Origin: Fistulifera solaris
Lineage: Eukaryota
Direction: 5' to 3'
DNA length: 59,781 nucleotides
Assembly: GCA_030295235.1 (NCBI GenBank)
Contig: AP026151.1
Location: forward strand, 868,001-927,781
A model generated the notes under the pieces. The model had not been told where the DNA came from. It was given only the letters and a program-made list of their open reading frames with translations, and ran no database searches. Made by a program: the position numbers and the translations under genes. This document shows positions 35,086 to 46,902 of the stretch, piece after piece. The stretch's first letter is position 1. Every line of letters starts with the position of its first letter.

Positions 35086-37334
35086 TTAGGCAATTATTCC
35101 CGCCATGGAACATGCTAAAATTGCCCAGCTACTTGTCTCCACAATTCCTGGTCCACCACTCTTCTCCCTTACCGTTGCGTTTGAAGACGAAGCTTGAGGA
35201 CAGTTCAAGCAACAAGTACAAGCCACTTCGCCTGGACAGTCAGCATAAGCTTCCGCGCCGCCCGCTACGATAGCCGCACATGTTGCGTCGCTGATAACGC
35301 CCGACAGCTCATTGTCGCGAATATTCAACATCGATAAGTTACTTAAAGCCCCTAAATCGGGGACTGGCCCAGTTAAGAAATTGTTTTGTAGTTCGAGGTT
35401 TTTCATGTCCGTTAAGGCGACAAGTGAAGAAGGGATAGTGCCGGTCAATTCATTATCCGAGAATCTTAGCCCAGCTTTGATTAGCTTCAGATTACCGAAC
35501 TCATTTGGGATAGGACCAACGAAGTTGTTGTTATTAATCCAAACGCCTTTGGCATCAACCAGTGAACCCAACTCTGTGGGAATTGTTCCTGTAAGGCTGT
35601 GTCATCGAGAAGCAACTTTGGATTAGATTTGTTGTCTCATTCATTCTCGCAAAACAGTCATTATTGACTAAAACTCACCGATTGGCGTCGACGCTGAGCT
35701 GGAGCATACTTCTCAAATTGCCCACTTCGGTTGGAAGAGGACCCGTGAGATCGTTCTTGCGAAAAGAAACTTTTGTACTGGATGTCAGCAAACCAATAGT
35801 TGTAGGAATCTTCCCGATTAATTTACATCGTTCCATCAACACCAGCGTTGCACGAGGCCATTCTAGGAATAACGAAGATGGGATGGTTGCATTGCTCATG
35901 TCATGATTTTTGATAACAAATTCCCGAATGGTGGTCAGCTTACCAAGCTCTGGAGGTATAGTCCCCGTCATTTTCGCGGCGCCTGTCGGATCGTTCACAA
36001 TGGATAAAATTTCTAAATTGGTCAAAATAGATAGCTCCGCAGGCAAAGTGCCACCGATGTTGTTTTTGTCAAACACCAATTGCGAGACACCGGTTGGACT
36101 CGTATTCCCATTGCAACTGGTCGCCTCGGGGGCATCTGTTTGCCACAAACATTCATCGGAAGCCGAAAGCCAGTTTCCTCCCTCGCGTCCATGTATCACC
36201 ATTTGTACTGAAATAGAACACCGCTAGGGCATACCGTTGCGCCAACCGCGCATCCAGGACGGGTTCAATGTCCTGCAACACAATGTCTTCCTCGAGCCAT
36301 AGATAAGCTTTATTCTGCGGAGTACCCTCGACACGAATACTGGCACCCTGATCATTGGTGAAAAATGTCGACAAGCGAGTGAAAACGCCGGGAAATTGTG
36401 CATCGAATCCATCATTTTCGGTAACATTGGTGGGTAATACCGTAGGTGCGAGAGATTGTGGACTCTGTGTCGGCGACGTTTCGGCTGCCACTGGTGCTTT
36501 GGTTGTATCTGGAGCAACTGGAGCTAGTGTTGTCGCCTCCACGGGCTGTGATGATTGCGTACCCGGCACAGGAACGACGATTGTAGTTGGCGGTTCCTTT
36601 TCTTGGTTGGCTTGTCGAATCGCAAAGCCCATCACTGTGCCAACAATAGCCAATAAAAGTACGACGCCCACAAAGAGGAAGATGAACCATGTGCGCATAC
36701 TCGATTTCTCGGCCTCGATTTCTTCAAGTTCTTCCAACGGATACTCCGATTCTGACGCTAAAGACATTCCGTCACGATAAAATGGCATAGGCGGTGGTGC
36801 GGGGAGCGAGCTCACACTGCGCGACGACGATATTGTCGATCGAGGCGGTCCTCGTACACTCTTGGAAGGCGATCGATCGTACTTCATGGGAGACGATCGC
36901 ATCGATTTGAAGGGCGAAGAGTCATAACGTGAACGTCGAGGCGAAAGTGACCGAGAGCGAGAAGTAGAATGCGCCGATGACCTCATCGGAGATCTCATAT
37001 TGCGCGAAGGAGATTGATAGGGGTTCGATGAAGAACTCGACCGAAATTGCTCATCAAAGGGTCGCGAACTTCGTGAGGGCGATTGATACGTTTTAGGTGG
37101 AGAACTTGCACGCAATTCATCATCTGGCTGCCTCATATTCGGATTGCGTGAAGGAGATTCGTATGTTTTGGGCGGCAAATTGGGTTGATATTGTTCCTCA
37201 AGAGGCGCTTGTGAGATGACACGCGCTGTTGCACGTGGAGGCGCCGGAGGGAGAGTCGGAATCTGAGGAGGCGTCTTCGGGTGAGGCGCCTGCGTTGCTT
37301 TGGGAGATTGTGGCGGTGTTATAGGGAGCTCCAT
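35086..37334 (-). CDS. Diatom-type leucine-rich-repeat membrane protein (Pro/Ser-rich cytosolic N-terminus, single TM, plant-like LRRs)
   Basis: TM WFIFLFVGVVLLLAIVGTVMGFAI. Cap motifs PQNKAYLWL, QRYALAVFYFSTNG..W and WLSASDECLW. LRRs GTIPPELGKLT and NxLTGPLPTEVGNL. Indel near 36180; intron near 35678-35598; terminal CTCC. Confidence 0.88.
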
Positions 37335-38123
37335 TGGTCGGTTCGGTTGCCGCAGAGGAGAATTAGTGCCCGAAAATGTTGCCTGGCTGGGTCGAAAAAA
37401 TCTTTGGAATACACGACAGGATCTGTGAGTCAGTTAATCTCTTTTCGTGTAGATTGTTTTCCTCCCGACTCTTTTGATCAGTAGAACCTTGGAAGTAATG
37501 CAAATGATGCAGTTGTTGCTATTTGATTGTTTATTTGACTGGTTGACGAAGGGTGTTAATCAATCGAGCCATAGTCATCTTTTTTCCTTGCAGACAACAC
37601 CCGTCGTTTCGTCGCTCTTCGCGGTCGTTGTCGAAGATGAGGGTCATTCTTCGCTTGTCAAGCGTCACAGTCAAAAGCCAGAAATGCTTTAACCGGTACT
37701 CAAGATTAAAAGCTATTAAGTTATGAGTATCGGAGACTTCAATATTTTTTTATCGGAAACTTTGTACAAATCTCTTTTGGGGAAGTCACAATTACATTGT
37801 GTTGCTATAGCCAAGTGCCGGGTGTCCACTGAGATTTTTAGCGGCCTTTGCTTTATTGTCGTGACGCCCTATTTTGGACTATCGGATAAACTGTAACAAT
37901 TGCCTTCTAAAAATGCAATTCCTTTGACGATTTTGTATCGATGCTGCTGTAGCGTGACGTAATCAACTACACTTAGTGTAGGCTTCAACGTATTTCTGAC
38001 GTGGTGCCTGCACCAATTTCGAACGATTGCACTGGTCAAACAGAAACGCTATACGATGCGCGGTCACGCCGAGTTTATTCCACAGCAAAAACACCCCATG
38101 CAACGATCATCTTTTGCTTCACA

Positions 38124-38703
38124 ATGCCGCAAATGGGTCTCTTTGGAGGTATCTTTCGACGCAAGACAAAGCTGCATCCCGAGCAATTGCACAAAGAAGA
38201 GGAGATAGCGGCAACTTACCATGACTGGACGTCATCCGACTCACATGATTGCTCCTGTTCGTTGCCGTCATGGCGTGTAGGTGAGATCCTTCAAGGCAAA
38301 ATCGATCGAATCATCAACATCCGATTGCGTCTCAAATATTTGATCTTTTGTTATCTCAGAGAAATTTCTCGTCAACGAGCTGAAAGCGGAGGAATGGCGT
38401 TGTAGAAAGGGCGAAGACGAGAATGCTGAAAGCCAGGAGTCATTCTTCAATCGAGGAGAAGATCTGTGGCATAGCACACGCGAAGCATGGCTAGAACGAT
38501 CTGAGAACCCTCAGCCACTTTCAAAACCTCTGTCACAAAAGGGAACCGAAGCGCTGGTGAAGTTCATGAAAGAGAAAGAAGGGGCACATCCGTTGCCTCG
38601 AAGAATACCTCTTTCTTGTATGGTTCGCATGTACAACCAGCATATCTGGGACGATGGTGACACAATATGTGACGAATGTGAGAAAGATATACAAACTGAT
38701 TGA
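38124..38703 (+). CDS. DUF4050/Gag1-like clamp domain protein
   Basis: Splicing the intron at 38281-38359 gives FFNRGEDLWHSTREAWL...LPRRIPLSCMVRMYNQHIW. Confidence 0.75.
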
Positions 38704-39317
38704 GAAGTATGCTGCAAACGATTGTCGAAGGAATGCAACCAAAGAAATGATTGAGTTGATGCCGTTGTTGCGTGGTCTTCTGAGTGCTGATTGGTCCGTT
38801 CTCTCTCTTCTGCTACACCGAAGCTCTTGTTCATCCATTCCAAGTCACTGCTAGGCGTCAAGGACACTGACGAGCTTCGATTCATCCATCCTCATGGTTG
38901 ATATCGATGATGCTCGCGACGGCGGATGCTCAACGATGCATCATCATCATTCACATCTCGCACATCGTTGCCCTTTTTTGTCACGGCCCGAAGAACATGC
39001 AGAACACCACCAGCACCTCTCTAGCTACAGTACCCTACCTACAAAGTACATAATGCCACTTCTACCTGTTACGGTTATGACTTTATGACGTCACCATAAA
39101 TAATTCTTATTGCTGTAAGTAGCAGTACAATTTACTCTATAATATATTTTAACGGTTGAAAACATTGAACCGTTTCACGGAGAACCAAGACTGCAAACGA
39201 TCGTGTCAAAACGAGGGAACTTTTGCGCGCGCCACGAAAGTGGGACAGCGCAACGCCGTCATGATCATCGCGGCCTCATGACACGGCTAGTGCAAGTTTT
39301 GTTGCAACGCTTACACC

Positions 39318-39812
39318 ATGTGGAAAAGGATTCGAAAACAACTGTTTTCTAGCAGTAAGCAAAAGGCCCGTCATGAGGGAATGGTACAAGGAGAAAAGCA
39401 ATGGACGATCGAACGGACGAAGCACAATCGAAGACGCGTTCGTGAAAAGATGTGTTCTCATACCTCCGGAACGACGTGTCCGGAGTTTTTCGCTTCGGGA
39501 CGTACATTGACGGCAGAAGACATGCGAGCTATTGAAAATTGCAGAGCCATTAACGAAAAAGACATTATTGAGACTCAAGAGAATGGTTGGTGGGTTTCAA
39601 AGACTTCCGCCGAAGGAGAAGAAGAGGTAGAATTTCGCAACAAAGGATACGATCACTGGGAATCTGGAAGACAGGAATGGTTACAGAGTAGCAATAAAAA
39701 TGCAGTTCACAGGCGACCTGTCTGCGTGGAAAGGAGCCTATCATTAGTCGTTTCGATCTGCAATGATTTAGAGTGGTCTGATTCTGATAAGCACGACTCG
39801 GATAGCTGGTAA
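39318..39812 (+). CDS. DUF4050/Gag1-like clamp protein (short form)
   Basis: NGWWV...EFRNKGYDHWESGRQEWL...LSLVVSICNDLEW. Confidence 0.65.
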   Translation: MWKRIRKQLFSSSKQKARHEGMVQGEKQWTIERTKHNRRRVREKMCSHTSGTTCPEFFASGRTLTAEDMRAIENCRAINEKDIIETQENGWWVSKTSAEGEEEVEFRNKGYDHWESGRQEWLQSSNKNAVHRRPVCVERSLSLVVSICNDLEWSDSDKHDSDSW

Positions 39813-40222
39813 ATTGCTTGTAAACAATTTAATAATTTCAAAATCAAACAGAAGTGAAAATAGTGCAAGGATAACGAGTAAGAATCAATGACGAGAGAAT
39901 ATTATTTTTTCCTCTCTAGGCTATCAACTTTTACAATTAGTCGGGACTGACGGTTGAGTCGGAAATAACTTACGTACACTTCGGCATATAGCCACTTTTC
40001 CTTAATTCTCGGAACTCGGGACGCTCACGTTTGCATAGGACTATAGATAAGAAAGTAGTGACGCGGTGTCCGAAGTCCGCAGGCTAAAAACACCGATCAA
40101 AGAACAAGAAACAAGAAAGATCGTGAATGAGGTGAATAAAAGACAAGACGTTTGGAGATTGGGGACCATCATTCATTTGATTTGCTTCATTGTGGATCCA
40201 GCATCAATACATTCTTTCCACC

Positions 40223-41125
40223 ATGAGCTCGACACTGAACTCGTCTTTTGCTACTTTCAACAATAGCAAAGTTTCCTTCGACGATTCCGCAACTCAATTT
40301 GGATACGAACACGAAGATATTGTTGAAGGATTTACAATTGGCTCGAATCGAGAAACACAGGCCCGAGTAGGACACGACACGCAACCTTTACGTCCAATTC
40401 GACGCAGCACCGTTCAGGAGTCGCACTTTCATTATCGTCCCTCGATTTGGTTGTTTGGCAGTGACGACACTGCGCAGGCTTTTACAGGTTGGGCAGGCAC
40501 CATTGCGCATGCGTATAGTCAACGTGCGGACGTTTTCAACCGAGGTTATGATGGATATAATACTTTGCACGCCTTGCACGTCTTTCCCAGAATTTTCGGA
40601 AAGACGGAACAAACTGTATTATACGTTACCGTGTGGTTTGGCGTGCACGATGCAAGCCTAGGGTCGAGACATGTCTCATTGACAGAATACATTGACAATA
40701 TCAATTGTATTCTCAAGAAATTTCGCATTTTACAACGATCAAGCTTTCCCATTTTGCTCTTGACCCCCGCGCCAGTCAATGAAGCAGCGCCTTGTTTTGT
40801 AAAACTCTCTGATAGCTACTCGAACGATAGGGCACGCGAATATGGTGAAGCTCTCAAAGAAGTAGCCACACTTGACGAGAACTGTGCTGTTGTTGATGTT
40901 TGGGAATGTTTGGATGGTGATTCAACAGAACGTGCCCTATATTTACAAGAAAATGGTATCCATTTGAATGAAAAAGGCCACGTAAGAGTCGCTGACGCTA
41001 TTTTGAGCACAGTGCAACGAATATTTCCGTATGCCTATCCTATGGAATACAATGATGATGGAGAACCTATTTTAAGAGCAGGAGTCGATCGAGAGCAATC
41101 AACTTGGAAAGATCTTGTTCGCTAG
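40223..41125 (+). CDS. SGNH/GDSL hydrolase, IAH1-like, with a degenerate active site
   Basis: RPSIWLFGSDDTAQ, GW....AHAYSQRADVFNRGYDGYNT, VWFGVHDA, HVSLTEY..N, LLTPAPV, ENGIHLNEKG. Confidence 0.85.
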   Translation: MSSTLNSSFATFNNSKVSFDDSATQFGYEHEDIVEGFTIGSNRETQARVGHDTQPLRPIRRSTVQESHFHYRPSIWLFGSDDTAQAFTGWAGTIAHAYSQRADVFNRGYDGYNTLHALHVFPRIFGKTEQTVLYVTVWFGVHDASLGSRHVSLTEYIDNINCILKKFRILQRSSFPILLLTPAPVNEAAPCFVKLSDSYSNDRAREYGEALKEVATLDENCAVVDVWECLDGDSTERALYLQENGIHLNEKGHVRVADAILSTVQRIFPYAYPMEYNDDGEPILRAGVDREQSTWKDLVR

Positions 41126-41234
41126 TATACACGTCTAGAGTTTCTTTGTTAATCCTAGAGACATAATTCTTTGCTCGACATCTGGGCTAGTGCATCGTGC
41201 ACTAATGAGGCAAGCATCTGTACAAGTAAGAGCA

Positions 41235-41597
41235 CTAGCTGAAGAATCCTTCCTCGTCTTCTGTTTTATATTCCGTGTCAACATCGTCATCATCGGGGCT
41301 AAAATGCAGGGCGATCAATAACGTTAAACTTCGTTCTCGTGGCGCAGCCTGACCGCATCCGTCGCGCTTGAGCCATTTTTGACGTCCTTCCTCCCATGCC
41401 TTCAAGCCTTTATTTACGAACTGAGCTTCTCCATCCTTTTCACACCACCAATCTGATTCGGTTGCGGAAATAGTTTTGTGCTTATCGTCATCGACGGCCG
41501 ATCCCTTGTCTATCTTTAACGTTCGGAAAGACTTTTGTCGTTTCGCTCCTCGATCGGAACGCAACATGTGTGGGACTTCCCTATTCTTGGTTTTCAT
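41235..41597 (-). CDS. DUF4050/Gag1-like clamp protein (short form)
   Basis: SDWWC...QFVNKGLKAWEEGRQKWL...RSLTLLI, similar to 39318-39812. Confidence 0.65.
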   Translation of the reverse strand: MKTKNREVPHMLRSDRGAKRQKSFRTLKIDKGSAVDDDKHKTISATESDWWCEKDGEAQFVNKGLKAWEEGRQKWLKRDGCGQAAPRERSLTLLIALHFSPDDDDVDTEYKTEDEEGFFS

Positions 41598-41953
41598 TTT
41601 CTGTTATTCAATTGACAAGAGATCGGAATTGATTGTTTGTCCAGCTCGACAATGAAAGAAGCCTTTCTTCCTTCGAGAAAAATGCGAAGTATTTTTTTGG
41701 CTGCCAGCGACGACGACGACAGCAAAAACCAAACGCGAAACCGCGATCGTTTCAAATAAAACGGAGAAACAATTAATCCATCTATTGAACTTTGACACTA
41801 GCGTATAATGTAGAAGCTGACAAGCCAAATTTCTCCAGTACTGGTACTTTACTCTGTACTGTACATGGTTTCTGAACTTGAATATCTGCCACGTGGCGCT
41901 GACAAAACGTTGTGTAGTCGTGTCAAGCTGTTTCTGACTTCAAGGTTCAAGGC

Positions 41954-42217
41954 TATAGTTCGACACCCTCTCAAATAACAAATAACGAATATCGATATTC
42001 GCGTTATAATAGCGTATTATATCAGGGCCATTTTTGCCAATATCGATATTTATCGATATTCGTACGTCTGACAGACGGAATTGAGGCTTTTCACGTCAGA
42101 ATGGCTGTAATTTACGGACAAAAACAGACGGTTGCGAGTATTAATAACGGTTATTATATCGTATTATACGATATTGATGTTCGTAAAAATCCAAATATCG
42201 ATATTTGTCGAACTATA
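41954..42217. mobile_element. hAT-like MITE, family A, copy 2 (inverted relative to copy 1)
   Basis: TIR TATAGTTCGACA/TGTCGAACTATA. TSD TTCAAGGC/TTCAAGGT (7 of 8 match). Reverse complement of 12510-12772 with few differences. Confidence 0.92.
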
Positions 42218-42759
42218 TTCAAGGTCGGCCTTACCACTTACTGTACCACTTACCAGTAGGCCAGCACTTTCTACGACCGGATTTTAGTCACGAAGTTGGT
42301 TTCTCGTGAAGCTAGGGAGCCACGCTACCGTACTTGCCAACTTCTTTCCATACAATTCGCAGGCCTTACTTTGCAAGCAACCGTAGGCTAAATTCCTTAC
42401 TAACTAACTAGTGCTTTCATTGGGAGAGGGGTTCAAGACAACAGCTCAATAATTGAAGGAGGATGAATTATGATTGCTGATCAATTGAATTACCGCAACA
42501 GCACTTAACGGTTGCTCTAATGCTTGCAAAGTATGATGATGAAGCTATGGGTTGGGATTTGGAGATTTGACCTTTTGTCCAATCACGACTAAAGCTAAAA
42601 ACGAAACTCATAAAAAGTCACTTACAAAGTTGTGTCGGATCAATTTGATTTAATTTAATTAAACAAGAGAGGCCAATCCAGTTTTATTAAAACTCACGAA
42701 GCGTGTTGATCTGTCATGGTCAAGATTTGTACACGGTTGGTGTGCGCGAAGCAAAAGTT

Positions 42760-43920
42760 TCACTGTTCCACCATGCTAATACGGCGCTCATGTCGGAGCA
42801 AGCGAAGCTCGGGCAATTGGCCGCGCTCATACCACAAAATGCTATTCTTAGGAAGTGGCGTCCAGGTGTGCGTCTTTGTCAGTGGGCAGCTTGCTACAAT
42901 TAAACAAGCAGTGGTTGGGTCGACCTCATTATAAAGCCGACCGGGACGACTCTCGGCGTTGATCAAGCACATCTTCTTCTCAGCGTAGTCTTCTCCATCC
43001 GCAAGACCGTCATCATCAGAACTGTTGTCATCACTTGTGCTGTTGTTAACACTCTCCGCTTCCAGCGTCGCTTCTTCATGCGTGAGCTCATAGTATAGAC
43101 GCTCCGCATTCCCAAACGCCATGTAGAGCGAAGGCGGTGGTACTCGGGGTGACTTGTCGCAGAAACGCGTCGCGACGATCGTATCACCATCCACCAAGCA
43201 AAAGTTGAAAGTGCTGTAGGTCGTTTCGTAGATTCCAGCTTCATCCATGAGAATCTCAATACTTCGTAGAGCTTTCTTCACGGCGTTCACTAAGCGCTTC
43301 GTGTCGAATGGCGCTGTCTGATGAAACGGCGAAACGCCATCAGGAGAATCCTTCGTCAAGAATGTGAGAATGAGTGCAAAAATACATTCCGAGTCGGTTG
43401 TTCCTCTCACTGCAATAAACGCTTCGTCCGTTAACTTTTGCATGAGTGCGCGACGAATCACGGGGAAGTTTTCGATGCGGCCGTTGTGACAAAACAGGAG
43501 ACGTCCTGCTTTGAAGGGGTGACAATTGACTTGCGAGATTCCTGTAAAGGCCGAAGCCGCGCGCACGTGAGCGATTAAGCAGCGTGTATGCACAGCTTTC
43601 ACCAATTCGTGAAGGTTGAGATTGCTCCAAGCCGGCTGAGTGTCCTTAAAGACAGCTGCAACCGTTTGATCTTTTCGCTTCGCAGCATCCGCCTTTACAA
43701 TTTCTCTGTTCTCATCGTACGGAGAAACATGAACTCGTTTCTCGTAATACCAACCGACACCGAACCCGTCGCCGTTCATAACGTGATTGTTGGTGCTGTC
43801 GCTTCCTGGATGAAAGGAAGCATCCTTCGCGAGCTGCACGAGAGAATTCGAAGGCGCCAAAACAACATCCGCCAAGCAGACGTCTTGCTGGTTGCTCAAC
43901 AGAGCGATCCAGCGACACAT
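42760..43920 (-). CDS. Class II (Ntn) glutamine amidotransferase, DUG3/EgtC/YafJ-like
   Basis: N-terminal MCRW nucleophile, NGDGFGVGWY, PAWSNLNL, AHVRAAS, NCHPF, FCHNG, GTTDSE. Confidence 0.92.
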   Translation of the reverse strand: MCRWIALLSNQQDVCLADVVLAPSNSLVQLAKDASFHPGSDSTNNHVMNGDGFGVGWYYEKRVHVSPYDENREIVKADAAKRKDQTVAAVFKDTQPAWSNLNLHELVKAVHTRCLIAHVRAASAFTGISQVNCHPFKAGRLLFCHNGRIENFPVIRRALMQKLTDEAFIAVRGTTDSECIFALILTFLTKDSPDGVSPFHQTAPFDTKRLVNAVKKALRSIEILMDEAGIYETTYSTFNFCLVDGDTIVATRFCDKSPRVPPPSLYMAFGNAERLYYELTHEEATLEAESVNNSTSDDNSSDDDGLADGEDYAEKKMCLINAESRPGRLYNEVDPTTACLIVASCPLTKTHTWTPLPKNSILWYERGQLPELRLLRHERRISMVEQ

Positions 43921-44907
43921 TTTAAGACCTCTTATGCTGGTTGAAAGGCAAGAAACGAAGAGGAACTTCAACGAAAATGAATGAAAGAAGGTTCCTTTTG
44001 CGGCTCAAATATGCCGACGTTTCGCGGGCACTTTTATCGACGTTTGGGCGTGCTGTCGGCTGTCTGTTTCTTTCAAGTTTTCACCCGTCCATTTTCCCTG
44101 GTTCAGATTTTTCGTATCGCTAATAGTGTACGGAGTCAACGGCGTAACGCCTTCTCCGAGCGTTCACGATGCGAATAGACGTTTCACAAATAGATCCTTT
44201 TTCAGACACGGATCCATGTATCCGTCGAAGACAATCTAACTGACTTCGCGGAATCGACGAGCTTCATAGTGCAAACTGTAGTCACGTCCGAGTGTACGAT
44301 CCGTGTTCTGGGAGACCGGTGCTCGATCGAAAGTACTATGGTTCGATGTGTTGCTTGACTGTCTATGTGACGCAAGCCTGGTCTTGCTTGGGCCTAACTC
44401 CATCTCGGAATTCGCAATCGTTCCGAGTTCCGACCGAACATTCGCACAAAAACCAGAATTTCTGAAAATTCTTTACATAATCACAAACAACATTAGAGCT
44501 AACGATAACTTGGAGCTCTTGACCCGTGACTCACTAACGAATATTGATCCGGGACTCAATACTCAATATCGGGGTTCGCCAGTGACATGGGACATCCGGT
44601 GTTCGTACATTTCGTTGTACGGCATTTCTCCAAAACTACTGTAGCAATCAAATAATAAAGTGTTCTTTTGGGCGTCGGAGGGTCGGAAATAGGGAATATC
44701 CGTACTTTTTCTATCGAAGTAACGTCACAACCAAGACCCAAACAACGAACAACGCTATACCTGGTACTGTATGCTATTATTGCGTGGTGCATCTTTTGTT
44801 TTTTCCATTTCTCCGATCTCCGCCATCTTCCGCGCAATCCTCCGATCATCATTATCACGCAAAAAGACGCGATGTTGCACCAAAAAAGAATAATCTATTA
44901 GAAACAA

Positions 44908-45339
44908 ATGAACAAAGTGCGACTACCAAATCAATCAAACCTCAAATCGGGTAAAATGTTGAGCAAGCACAACATGCTAGGAAAGAGATTATGGCTCGAT
45001 GTAGAACAAATGTCCTTGTCGGATCTTCGTGATACGAAGAAATCGGCTGCTTGCTCGGATCAAGACTCTCCTATAGTCCGGCAAAAGTCATCTGCTTGCA
45101 CGCCTTGTAATAGAGAAGATCTAGTGCTGTCGACTTGTACGTTGTCGGGTGATGTAAAGCAGAACAACATATCCGACCAACGAGACCGACCCATGGACCC
45201 TGCCTACCGCAAATACGTGTTTCGACACGTGTTGCAACCAAGCGGACAGTCAATGCTTCCTGAGCGCGTTTCACTCAAGAATATGGTCCAGATATGCCAT
45301 GCAGTTTGGAATCGAGAAGATGATGATTCATCCTTTTGA
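44908..45339 (+). CDS. Small protein carrying only the C-terminal DUF4050-like motif
   Basis: LPERVSLKNMVQICHAVWNREDD resembles LPRRIPLSCMVRMYNQHIWDD (38124 gene) and LPQVIALSEMVQMYNFMWNEDD (55006 gene). Confidence 0.55.
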   Translation: MNKVRLPNQSNLKSGKMLSKHNMLGKRLWLDVEQMSLSDLRDTKKSAACSDQDSPIVRQKSSACTPCNREDLVLSTCTLSGDVKQNNISDQRDRPMDPAYRKYVFRHVLQPSGQSMLPERVSLKNMVQICHAVWNREDDDSSF

Positions 45340-45638
45340 GAAAGGTGGGATTATCGAATTTTGAATGTCTCTTAGACGAAAATATATCATAATATAGACT
45401 TTATCACTCCAAACTCAGTGAGCCTGTCAAAGAACGTAAAACAAAGCAGCAGAAATAATACGTAAAAGCCTTTAGTCGTTACGATGCCTTGGTATCCGAA
45501 ATGCGGTCAGGAAAATGATGCATGAAAACATTACGCAAGGTCTACGTAGATTGATTTACACCGAGTCAAGAATAGAGAGCAGCCAGCCAATGACTGCTTT
45601 ACATCCAGAAACGGGAAATGCCGCATGAGAGTGCGGAT

Positions 45639-46421
45639 TCACTTGGTGAACTTATCCTCGGGATCTGCCGTATCAACACACAAAGTCGAGTGAGCTCATT
45701 GTACTCACAAGAAAAATACACAGGAAAACAAAACTTACAATCAAATGAATCGGTGATGCCGAGTAACTTGTTGGCCGCCTTCTTTTCGAAACCGCGTTTC
45801 TTGACCAAGTAGCTCTGCGCATTAAATATGTTATCCGTCCACCGATTCGCCGCCTCACGACACAACTTGAGCTCATGCTGCAAATCCGCCAACGCCTGTG
45901 GATCGTTTTCTTTCAGAGAAGCTAGTTCTGCTTCCAAAGGCTTCATCAATGAAGAAATCTCCTGCAAACGAGCTAATTTTCGAGCACGAGTCCCGTCGTC
46001 GTCCTCTTCACGGCCTCGTTTCGCGTCCGCAAGTTGCGCCTGTGTTTCCGTTAGCTCGATTTTGCGTTTCTCAATATTTTTCAATCGATCTTGGTGCTGC
46101 AACTGCATCATGCGATCTTTCTTGGCTGGGAAACTCCAGAAAAAGTTGCTTCCGCCAATCTTGTCTTTGTCGACAAGATCGTCTTCGATCAGTCCATTGT
46201 GAACATCCGTGAAGCTGTGTACGAAAGCAAGGCAAAAAGATCGAGCATGAGTGTTTAGTAGAGAGAAATCCAATATTCTGAAAGAGGACTCACGCATTCG
46301 CATTGACACCCGCTTTTGCGGCGAGCACCGACATTTCCTTTTCCGTGTAAACTTGCTTTGTGCTGTGATAAATGCCAAGAATCGTCTTGCGTTTCTCTTC
46401 GAGTGACATGCGTTTCGCCAT
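45639..46421 (-). CDS. MND1: Meiotic nuclear division protein 1
   Basis: MAKRMSLEEKRKTIL, LIEDDLVDKDKIGGSNFFWSFP, coiled coil, ENDP, AANRWTDNIF. Two GT-AG introns (near 46292-46215 and 45739-45665). Confidence 0.93.
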
Positions 46422-46902
46422 GATTTGTTGCTATAATATGAAGATGCTGATAGAATCTATACAAGAAGGGGGGCAGAAAGGTTGAATGAAGTTTTGTTTT
46501 TGTCATTGTGCCGTTCATGCATGATGCACCATGCGGGGGAATATACTTCGAAAACGAGTACCGGTACGTCTTTCACAAAAGCATTGGTACTACGGCTCAG
46601 TCCCGAGAAAGCTAGCCATCATCACTTCCGGAAACTATGGAAGAATATAGCCAATGCTTATTTGTTTCGTTACCAGCGATAGAACAAGTTGATGATACAA
46701 CTGCTTTAACAGGCATATTGGACCGATAGCCATGATTCCATCGAAGCAAAATGAATTGTGCGACGGATTGTTTCAAAATGAAATGCTAAACACTGACGAT
46801 GCCGGAGGAATATTGCTTGTTCTTTTAGAACAAAGCAACATGCAAACATCAATTTGTTACATACAGATTATTTTTGTCAAGGTAAAGGTTGACGTCCTCC
46901 CC

